Shown here: one piece after another, positions 19,145 to 26,146 of the stretch
Position numbering within the stretch: position 1 is the stretch's first letter
How the letters are laid out: every line of letters starts with the position of its first letter
From: Candidatus Daviesbacteria bacterium
GTDB taxonomy: Bacteria > Patescibacteriota > Microgenomatia > Daviesbacterales > UBA10151
Length of the DNA: 64,000 nt
NCBI GenBank assembly: GCA_016187035.1
Contig: JACPKL010000001.1
Coordinates: 78,607 to 142,606 of the forward strand
Direction of reading: 5' to 3'
Notes under the pieces: generated by a model
Databases searched by the model: none
Told to the model about the DNA's origin: nothing
What the model saw: only the letters and a program-made list of their open reading frames with translations
Program-made: the position numbers and the translations under genes

Positions 19145-19435
19145 ATGCAGATACAACCTACCACTATCACCCAAAAAGGCCAGGTCACTATCCCTGTTTC
19201 CATCAGAAAAGCTCTGGGGCTTAAACGCGGAGACCAGGTAAAATTCATCCTCGGTAAGAAAAAGGAGGTAAGGATTAAGCCTGCCAAAAAGTTTTCTATA
19301 ATGTCTTTATACGGCTCCTTAAAACCCCGGATAAAGTATAAAAAAACAGATGATATTTATCAAATTATCAAGAGAGAAGAACAAGCTTGGCCTGAGGCTG
19401 CTGCTGAAAGAGATTTAAAAAGTAAAAGCAGATGA
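19145..19435 (+). CDS. AbrB/MazE/SpoVT-family antitoxin
   Basis: 'KGQVTIPVSIRKALGLKRGDQVKF' swapped-hairpin motif; 4-nt overlap with the PIN gene. Confidence 0.8.
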   Translation: MQIQPTTITQKGQVTIPVSIRKALGLKRGDQVKFILGKKKEVRIKPAKKFSIMSLYGSLKPRIKYKKTDDIYQIIKREEQAWPEAAAERDLKSKSR

Positions 19436-19833
19436 TATTTTTGGACACAAATATAATCTTAAGATTTATTTTAAAAGATCATCCTATTTATTCCCCTAAA
19501 GCAGAGACAATCATTGAAAAAATTGATAAGGGTATTGTCAAAGTTTACATCTCTTGGCCGACTATTCTTGAGGTAGTATTTATATTGCAAAATTCCATTA
19601 AGTTACCCAAAAAAGAAATTACTGAAAAATTACTGCCGATTTTTCATTTAGAAAACGTAAATTTAGAACACGGAAAATTACTTGACAATATCTTTGGATA
19701 TTATGTGGATAAAAATATCAGTTTAACAGATGCATATCACGTTGCATTAATGGAGAAGAAAAAAGTTAAACAGATTTATTCTTTTGATCAAGACTTTGAT
19801 AAATTCTCACAAATCAAGAGATTAGAGGGCTAA
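19432..19833 (+). CDS. vapC: PIN-domain toxin (VapC family)
   Basis: 'IFLDTNIILRF' and C-terminal 'IYSFDQDF'. Confidence 0.8.
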   Translation: MIFLDTNIILRFILKDHPIYSPKAETIIEKIDKGIVKVYISWPTILEVVFILQNSIKLPKKEITEKLLPIFHLENVNLEHGKLLDNIFGYYVDKNISLTDAYHVALMEKKKVKQIYSFDQDFDKFSQIKRLEG

Positions 19834-19840
19834 ATTAAAG

Positions 19841-19914
19841 TACGCCTGAGAGGACTCGAACCTCCAATCTCAAGATCCGGAATCTCGTGCTCAGTCCAAT
19901 TAAGCTACAGGCGC
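19841..19914 (-). tRNA. tRNA-Arg(CCG)
   Basis: Minus strand: gcgcctgtagcttaattggactgagcacgagattCCGgatcttgagattggaggttcgagtcctctcaggcgta. It folds as a cloverleaf, and CCA is not encoded. Confidence 0.85.
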
Positions 19915-19915
19915 A

Positions 19916-20000
19916 TGGCGGAGGGTGCAGGAGTCGAACCTGCTAGGGCTTTCACCCGATGGTTTTCGAAACCATTACTTTACCGTCCAGTCCACCCTCC
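19916..20000 (-). tRNA. tRNA-Ser(CGA)
   Basis: Minus strand: ggagggtggactggacggt...atggtttCGAaaaccat with a long variable arm and encoded CCA. Confidence 0.85.
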
Positions 20001-20005
20001 TTAAG

Positions 20006-20079
20006 CGCCCCTGGAAGGACTCGAACCTTCGACCTCAACGTCCGCAACGTCGCACTCTAATCCACTGAGCTACAGGGGC
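20006..20079 (-). tRNA. tRNA-Arg(GCG)
   Basis: Minus strand: gcccctgtagctcagtggattagagtgcgacgttGCGgacgttgaggtcgaaggttcgagtccttccaggggcg. The anticodon loop is ttGCGga. Confidence 0.8.
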
Positions 20080-20124
20080 AGTATGGGTATTTTAACAGAA
20101 ATCTAGTCTGAAAGCTGTGGCTAC

Positions 20125-20454
20125 TTGACAAAAAGTAATGAGTTTGATATGCTTTCCTTACTTATGCAACAAAGCATTACTCCAAATTCAACCTCCAGAG
20201 AGATTGTTTCCACTGTTACTGGTAAAGGCCAGGTTACTGTCCCTAGGGAAGTCAGAAAACATTTAGGGATTGATATAAATGACAAAATTGCCTTCATTAT
20301 TGAAGAAGGTGGAGACGTGAAGGTAACACAGGTCAAATATCCAGATATTCAGTCTTTACGAGGGGTTGCAGGAACTCTAAAACAGCCTCTAACTTTTAAG
20401 GAGATACAAAACATAGCCAGGGAAGACAGATTAGCTAAGAAATATGCCAAATGA
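20125..20454 (+). CDS. AbrB/SpoVT-family antitoxin (start uncertain)
   Basis: 'KGQVTVPREVRKHLGIDINDKIAFI'. It overlaps the downstream PIN gene by 11 nt. Confidence 0.75.
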   Translation: MTKSNEFDMLSLLMQQSITPNSTSREIVSTVTGKGQVTVPREVRKHLGIDINDKIAFIIEEGGDVKVTQVKYPDIQSLRGVAGTLKQPLTFKEIQNIAREDRLAKKYAK

Positions 20455-20869
20455 TCCTCCTGATCCATATGTAGATACTGATGTTATTATCCGACTGATA
20501 ACTCACGATGACCCTAAAAAACAAGAAGCTGCTGCTAAACTGTTTGGAAAAGTTGAGAATGGTGAGTTAATCCTGACTGCCCCGGATACAGTCATTGCTG
20601 ATGCTGTTTTCGTTCTCTCTTCTCCTAGACTCTATAACCTTCCCAGAACAGAAATCAGAGATGTTTTGACTTCACTTCTACGTTACACCAACTTCAAAGT
20701 CGATAATAAACAGGCGGTTATAAATGCTTTAGACCTTTATGCTTCTACTAACCTCGACTTTGGAGATTGCATTCTTATTGCCTTAACAGCTCAAACCGAA
20801 GCTAGAGAGATTTACTCCTATGACCGTGATTTTGACAAAATTCAAGGAATAGTTAGAATTAAGCCATGA
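20444..20869 (+). CDS. vapC: PIN-domain toxin (VapC family)
   Basis: 'YVDTDVIIRL' and 'IYSYDRDFDKI'. Confidence 0.8.
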   Translation: MPNDPPDPYVDTDVIIRLITHDDPKKQEAAAKLFGKVENGELILTAPDTVIADAVFVLSSPRLYNLPRTEIRDVLTSLLRYTNFKVDNKQAVINALDLYASTNLDFGDCILIALTAQTEAREIYSYDRDFDKIQGIVRIKP

Positions 20870-20886
20870 GTTAAGCAAATCAATGA

Positions 20887-21408
20887 CTATCTATGTGTAT
20901 TTTCCAGGGGGAAGTGTTTTTGCAAACCTTCAGACCATTTTTCCATCCATGTTCTATATGGTTTTTCGTAAAATGGTAAGAATCTAGATAATATTTTTTT
21001 AATCTTTTCCTCATCAACCTCCTCTAATACAATTATCAGTTGCGCTGGAAAGTTGAAACGGGTTTGGATATGAACAACTCTATGCCCTTCCTTTTCTTTA
21101 AACCAAAAGAAAGATAAAAAATGCCAAAAATAGAAATCATCCCCAATAGTAACACCCTGGGTAGAAATTCTATAGTTAATTCTATGAGGAGGAACAAAAG
21201 CCAGTACGTAGGTGACAAAAGCTACAGATAAAATAGCGCCGATCAGTAAAAACTCCCTGGCCAAAAGTAGAATTAGTACCAAAAGAATCACAATGATAGC
21301 TAAAGTAGTATAAAAAGATCTGTCCTTTTTTCTAAAAGGACGGGCTGGGGCATCCCAAGCAAGAAGTGTTTTAATTTCTTCTTGGGCAGGTTGCTCTTTT
21401 TTGGGCAT
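20887..21408 (-). CDS. membrane protein with a cytoplasmic PH-like domain
   Basis: Two TM segments followed by a soluble domain. No recognisable catalytic motif. Confidence 0.5.
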   Translation of the reverse strand: MPKKEQPAQEEIKTLLAWDAPARPFRKKDRSFYTTLAIIVILLVLILLLAREFLLIGAILSVAFVTYVLAFVPPHRINYRISTQGVTIGDDFYFWHFLSFFWFKEKEGHRVVHIQTRFNFPAQLIIVLEEVDEEKIKKILSRFLPFYEKPYRTWMEKWSEGLQKHFPLENTHR

Positions 21409-21467
21409 GTTTTCCTTTCACTGATAATTATACACCTTTAAAGAAAGGTGGAGAGGGTGGATATATG

Positions 21468-21554
21468 CGGAGAGGGTGAGATTCGAACTCACGGCTGACT
21501 TGCGTCAGCAGAAGTTTTCAAAACTTCCGCACTCGGCCACTATGCGACCTCTCC
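21468..21554 (-). tRNA. tRNA-Ser(TGA)
   Basis: Minus strand: ggagaggtcgcatagtggccgagtgcggaagttTGAaaacttc with a long variable arm (tgctgacgcaagtcagc) and T-arm gagttcgaatctc. Confidence 0.85.
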
Positions 21555-21555
21555 A

Positions 21556-21644
21556 TGGCGGAGGGTACAGGATTCGAACCTGTGGGCGGCTATTCACCGC
21601 CGCGGATTAGCAATCCGCTCCATTAACCACTCTGGCAACCCTCC
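21556..21644 (-). tRNA. tRNA-Ser(GCT)
   Basis: Minus strand: ggagggttgccagagtggttaatggagcggattGCTaatccgc with a long variable arm and encoded CCA. Confidence 0.85.
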
Positions 21645-21675
21645 CTATGCCTAATTTTACCAGAATAGAGCTTCA

Positions 21676-22401
21676 CTATCTAGCCAAAGTTATAGCCCAG
21701 ACTTTTTTGGCACCAGCGCGTTTTAGAAAGTAGCAACATTCCCGAAGGGTTGAACCTGTAGTCCAAACATCATCTATTAAAAGCACATTAGTATTATGTA
21801 TTAGGTATTTACCTCCGAAGGAGGGGTGTGTTGTATTAAGGGTAAATGCATTTTTGATATTTCCTTTTCTATCCTTTTCCTTTAATCCAACTTGCGACTT
21901 GGTGTAACGGGTACGTTTTAATGCTTCGCAGTAAGATAAACCTAGATTATTGGATAATAGTTGTCCTATTAGCGCAGACTGGTTAAATCCCCTTTTATTT
22001 TCCTTAAACCAGTGAAGAGGCACAGGAACAACAACCCATCCCCGACCTTGATCTTTTTTGATTAAATCCAAAATAAAAGGTTGATATTTTGCCCAATATT
22101 CTATAGTTATATCCATCAAAACAGGAGCAAAATCTTTTACTAGAGAAGGCTCATATTTCAGCTTTTGAATGGCAGTTTTTAGTGGACCTGCGTAAACTCC
22201 TAAACTCCAAAGTCCATCCAGTCCAAATTTCTTTCTGCAAATTGGGTGAGTTTGGCCACCTACTGCTAAACCTTCACACCTTGGACAAACTAGATCAGCT
22301 TGGAGGATATTACTGATACAAGATTGACAATAATAGCTGCCTTCCTTTTTACAGCCTATGCATTTTTTAGGAAACAAAATATCCAAAATCCAATTTGTCA
22401 T
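21676..22401 (-). CDS. comF: ComF-family phosphoribosyltransferase protein
   Basis: N-terminal double Zn-ribbon (CIGCKKEGSYYCQSC...CPRC) and PRTase motif 'VLLIDDVWTTGSTL'. Confidence 0.8.
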   Translation of the reverse strand: MTNWILDILFPKKCIGCKKEGSYYCQSCISNILQADLVCPRCEGLAVGGQTHPICRKKFGLDGLWSLGVYAGPLKTAIQKLKYEPSLVKDFAPVLMDITIEYWAKYQPFILDLIKKDQGRGWVVVPVPLHWFKENKRGFNQSALIGQLLSNNLGLSYCEALKRTRYTKSQVGLKEKDRKGNIKNAFTLNTTHPSFGGKYLIHNTNVLLIDDVWTTGSTLRECCYFLKRAGAKKVWAITLAR

Positions 22402-22473
22402 TGCGAGAAGCGAAGCGACGTGGTAATCTTAATTAAAGAAAGATTCCCACGCCCCTGCGGGGCTCGGAATGAC
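22397..22473. repeat. pair of inverted GC-rich units (GTCATTSCGA-variable core-GTGGNAATC)
   Basis: Unit 1 at 22397-22428 is gtcattgcgagaagcgaagcgacgtggtaatc. Unit 2 at 22442-22473 has the reverse complement gtcattccgagccccgcaggggcgtgggaatc. Unit 1 overlaps the comF start codon. Confidence 0.55.
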
Positions 22474-22528
22474 GATAGTTAGTTATAGTATTTGATTTAA
22501 GACTGATTATATGGTAATATAATGACCT

Positions 22529-22955
22529 GGGGATGTATAGTTTCGACAGGATTGCTCTTTAAAAACTGCAAGTCGAAGAGGAAACATTATTCGTTAAATA
22601 TTGTTTCAAAACATACACGCCAAAAATACTGGCCGTGATGATGTAGTAAAAGCTGTAAAAAGCTTCGGTAGCGATGTTCTCGCCTTTATTGGTGGAACTC
22701 AAACCGCTGCATACGCAGTAGCTTAATCATCTACTTTAGTAACTCTTCTTTCTGACGAGAGTCTAAGGTATGTACAAAGTCAGGATGCACAATTTTACTT
22801 AATCCAGGTAAAATTGGACAAGCAATTTGGATTAAGCGTTAATCTTCCTGCTAACGGGTTACAAATTAACGCTCAAAAAAATACATTAGCTAAACTTGTA
22901 GAAGTTTTTTTGGAAATATTTCTGGACGGCGGTGCAAAACCGCCCATCTCCACCA
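22529..22955 (+). ncRNA. ssrA: tmRNA (SsrA)
   Basis: 5' ggggatgtatagtttcgacagg and 3' ggacggcggtgcaaaaccgcccatctccacca. The acceptor stem has a G3:U pair. The internal tag frame ends ...TAAYAVA-TAA (stop at 22724-22726). smpB lies adjacent. Confidence 0.9.
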
Positions 22956-22962
22956 ATTCCTC

Positions 22963-22996
22963 CACCTCCGAGGAGTCAAAGCCCACCTCGGAGGTG
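22963..22996. terminator. 11-bp stem hairpin between the convergent ssrA and smpB genes
   Basis: cacctccgagg-agtcaaagccca-cctcggaggtg is a perfect stem. It starts 8 nt after the tmRNA CCA and ends 3 nt before the smpB stop. Confidence 0.55.
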
Positions 22997-22998
22997 TT

Positions 22999-23439
22999 CT
23001 ACTCTTTTCCTCTTAATTCTTGTTCTATTCTTCTTTGATGATCTCGTTCCTTAATTATCTTCCGTTTATCAAATTCTTTTTTTGATTTGGCAAGACCTAC
23101 CTCTACTTTAAATCTATTATTTTTTTCATAGATAGAAACAGGAATTAAAGTATTCTTTGAGCCGGAAGTTTTACCTATTAAAGTATTTATCTGGTCTTTG
23201 TGCAGCAGCAATTTTCTGGATTTGGTGGCATCATAAGATGTATCAGAACCTTGCGCATATCTCGCAATATTGGCATTAAGTAAATAAGCTTCTCCATTTA
23301 AAATCCTGACATAAGCCTCCCCTAAATCAATTCTTCCTGCCCTGATGGATTTTACCTCCGAACCAGTTAAAACAATACCTGCCTCAAGCAGATCAAGGAT
23401 ATGGTAGTTATGGAGAGCTTTTTTGTTTATTATTTTCAT
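22999..23439 (-). CDS. smpB: SsrA-binding protein
   Basis: 'KKALHNYHILDLLEAGIVLTGSEVKSIR' and 'KLLLHKDQI' are typical SmpB motifs. The gene is adjacent to tmRNA. Confidence 0.95.
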   Translation of the reverse strand: MKIINKKALHNYHILDLLEAGIVLTGSEVKSIRAGRIDLGEAYVRILNGEAYLLNANIARYAQGSDTSYDATKSRKLLLHKDQINTLIGKTSGSKNTLIPVSIYEKNNRFKVEVGLAKSKKEFDKRKIIKERDHQRRIEQELRGKE

Positions 23440-23462
23440 AAGTTACTTAAGTGACTTAGAGA

Positions 23463-25358
23463 TTATTTTAAGTCTACTTGAAATATTTTGCTTCCATCCA
23501 ATAAATACACCTTCTTTCCCTTCTCATCCACCACTAAATCAGTGGCTTGACCAAATTTTTCACCGCTCATTTGGGCTTTATAACCACCTGTTTTAGTTAA
23601 AATTAATAATCTTGAGTTACCTGAGTCTAAAAGATACAAATTATCTGTGTCTGATGAGACAAAAAAACTTTTAGGATCTTTAACATTCTTGTCTAACCCA
23701 TCATATGAGAAATTATCTTTGTCACCTCTTGTAAATCGCAACATGCTGCCATCTTTTTTGAGAACATAAACCGAAGACTCAATCTGCATTCTTAAAGCAT
23801 CTGTAAAATCCGCTTGAGTATTTTTAGTCAGGTATTCTTTTTTATCTGAATAACCTTCTGATGCAGGCAGATATTTCCAGATCTTATTTTTACCTATATC
23901 CAGAAGGTAAACATTTGAAGCAAAGCCATAGATATCTTCCACGCGATCCAGCTCACTGTCCTTTTTAGACACTGAGGTTATTTTTTGTTCTGGCGAAGCC
24001 AGGTTATTTTTCGTACTATCAATTTTGAGCACTCCTTTGTCTTTTGAGAAAACAAAAGCCAATGCCCCATTTAAAGAAACAGCTTGAGCATCTCCTAATT
24101 GTTCTGATCCGGCTAAAATCTGCGGACTCTTTTTAGCCACATCAATTAACACTAAAGTTTTAACAGCAGGATCTAAAAGTATCAGCTTGTTAGCCGATAA
24201 ATTGATCTTCGAGGCTGTAAAGTTTTTCTTGACTAAATCTAAATCCAAAAATATGGGAAATTCAGATAACTGGAATTGCTGTAAAATTGCGCCTGAATCT
24301 TGTTCGATTTGTTTTTTTAAAGCTTGAGCTTCCATTTCCTTTGGTTTTAAGCCCAAAGCTTGATTAACTTTATCTTTTGCGCTGTCTAACTTACCTTTTG
24401 CTTCATTAGAATTAAGTGTGGCTATATTTTTGGCAGCATTAAAATCGTCTTTAGCTTGTTGCAAAACTTGTTTGAAAGTTTGTTCTTTTTGAGCATCTTT
24501 TGATGATTTAACCTTAAAGCCAACTCCTGAAGCTACTATAATTATTAAAACAACTGCTATCAAGAGTCTGCTTCTGCCTCCTTTTGGCAGGTAAGCAGCA
24601 ATAGAGCGGATGAATCCTAAAATCTGACCCAGGGTTTGTAATACAATAGCGCTTGAATCAGACTGAGTCCCTGCTGCAGAATCTTGATAAGAACCCCCAG
24701 AAACTTCCCTGCCAAGACTGGGGATTGTTGACTTTGAATCAACAGCAGATTCTGCTGGTTCAATATTTATCAGCAGCGCCGCTAAATCTTGGTTCTCTAA
24801 AACTGAATTTGAGTGCGTTGGATCAGAACCACTAATCCGGCCTGTCACTTCTTCTTCAAAGTTTTGAGCAGGTAGATCTAATAATTTATTTAAATCTTCC
24901 CCTAAAAAGTTAACTAAACTGGAAGTTGACAGCAGTAACTTATCCCCTTCTTTTAAAAATCCAGAGATTAACTGGTTGAGAGCGCCTACAGAAAGCAAAG
25001 GTGAAGTGTTACTATCTCTTTTAAGCATAGCTTCTACTGCACCTTGGCTAATTAAGTACAGAACCTTGCCAGAAAGCGCTGCTAAAAGCAGCGCCACTTC
25101 TTCTGTCTCAAACTTTTTCAGAGACTGCTCAAAGGCAGCTTTCAGTTTTTCAGCAGGAGTACCCTCAAAATCAAAATAAAAATCTGAGATTTCCCCTAAA
25201 ACCTGTCTGCCTTTAGTGAAAGCGTCATCACAGGTTAAATCCAATACTGCAAAAAATGAATTATCCCCATCTCTTGACTCTGAAATAACTTGAGCTGCTT
25301 TTTGATCTGTATTTAAACCTATTGCTTGAGCAACTTTAAGCTTCATAACACCCTCCAT
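23463..25358 (-). CDS. large single-pass membrane protein with a C-terminal beta-propeller-like repeat region
   Basis: Cytoplasmic N-domain, TM (LLIAVVLIIIVASGVGF), coiled region, then repeated 'YLLD/VYLLD' strand motifs. No catalytic motif recognised. Confidence 0.65.
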   Translation of the reverse strand: MEGVMKLKVAQAIGLNTDQKAAQVISESRDGDNSFFAVLDLTCDDAFTKGRQVLGEISDFYFDFEGTPAEKLKAAFEQSLKKFETEEVALLLAALSGKVLYLISQGAVEAMLKRDSNTSPLLSVGALNQLISGFLKEGDKLLLSTSSLVNFLGEDLNKLLDLPAQNFEEEVTGRISGSDPTHSNSVLENQDLAALLINIEPAESAVDSKSTIPSLGREVSGGSYQDSAAGTQSDSSAIVLQTLGQILGFIRSIAAYLPKGGRSRLLIAVVLIIIVASGVGFKVKSSKDAQKEQTFKQVLQQAKDDFNAAKNIATLNSNEAKGKLDSAKDKVNQALGLKPKEMEAQALKKQIEQDSGAILQQFQLSEFPIFLDLDLVKKNFTASKINLSANKLILLDPAVKTLVLIDVAKKSPQILAGSEQLGDAQAVSLNGALAFVFSKDKGVLKIDSTKNNLASPEQKITSVSKKDSELDRVEDIYGFASNVYLLDIGKNKIWKYLPASEGYSDKKEYLTKNTQADFTDALRMQIESSVYVLKKDGSMLRFTRGDKDNFSYDGLDKNVKDPKSFFVSSDTDNLYLLDSGNSRLLILTKTGGYKAQMSGEKFGQATDLVVDEKGKKVYLLDGSKIFQVDLK

Positions 25359-25567
25359 GCCACTAAAATTAATCCTATGACAAAAACTGCATGAACCAGA
25401 GATAATAATTTAACATATGGAGAAATGCCAGTAATTAAGGTCTTGCTCATTAAATCAACCTGCCTTATTATGACTAAAGCAAATATAGCGTAAAAAACCA
25501 AAATAAGCAAAATAGCAGCTTTTAAAAAAACCAATATTGCTTCCTGGTTCAATAAATTAACTTCCAT
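25343..25567 (-). CDS. small two-TM membrane protein
   Basis: The track ORF 25343..25705 was trimmed to the internal Met (MEVNLLNQEAILVFLKAAILLILVF...) to remove the overlap with the upstream gene. Confidence 0.45.
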   Translation of the reverse strand: MEVNLLNQEAILVFLKAAILLILVFYAIFALVIIRQVDLMSKTLITGISPYVKLLSLVHAVFVIGLILVAWRVL

Positions 25568-26102
25568 ATAATTTATGCACCTCATCCAGGATAAAATCTG
25601 CCACATGATGAGGTCTTGGAACAGAGTGAAAATCAATGTTTCTTGAGGCTCCTGCTGTCTGGATAAAAACATTGCCATAGTTAAAAATAGACTGCAGCAA
25701 ACCACCCATTGAGGATGAGGTATCTTCTACATTCCTAAGAGGCGCTACATCAATATTTTTAAAAAGAAGTGAGTGGAAATCTATATCAATAATATTTTTA
25801 TCAGTCACAATAAAAACATTAAAATACCAATGTAAAAAACCCTCAAAAGCAATCACTGCCGCTAATAAATAATTAATTATTAAAAAGATAAGCCTGTATT
25901 CTACAGGAAATTGAGATATATTAAAATTAAGTAAGGTTAAAACTGGAGGTATGAAGAAAGGAAAAATAATAAGTGATACAACTGGTATTATCCAGATAAA
26001 ATTAGTAATAGGGTGAGCCCTTAAAAGCAGGAGAATTTTCTCATTAGGATCCTGGCCTTCAAACCGGCAGTTTTGCGGATGAACTACATAGGACGGGAAC
26101 AT
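25557..26102 (-). CDS. membrane protein with a bacterial PH-like domain
   Basis: Two TM segments plus a soluble C-terminal domain; resembles YdbS/YdbT-type bPH proteins. Confidence 0.5.
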   Translation of the reverse strand: MFPSYVVHPQNCRFEGQDPNEKILLLLRAHPITNFIWIIPVVSLIIFPFFIPPVLTLLNFNISQFPVEYRLIFLIINYLLAAVIAFEGFLHWYFNVFIVTDKNIIDIDFHSLLFKNIDVAPLRNVEDTSSSMGGLLQSIFNYGNVFIQTAGASRNIDFHSVPRPHHVADFILDEVHKLYGS

Positions 26103-26146
26103 GGCTGGCTACAGTATAACATAATGAGTAACTTAGGGAACTTGGG

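Noticed and set aside
22814-23038. 74-aa plus-strand ORF
   Set aside because: It lies inside the tmRNA gene and its terminator hairpin. Its similarity to the VirB6-like N-terminus (SSTS.ESKPT.EV) is explained by the shared 40-nt hairpin element, not by protein homology.
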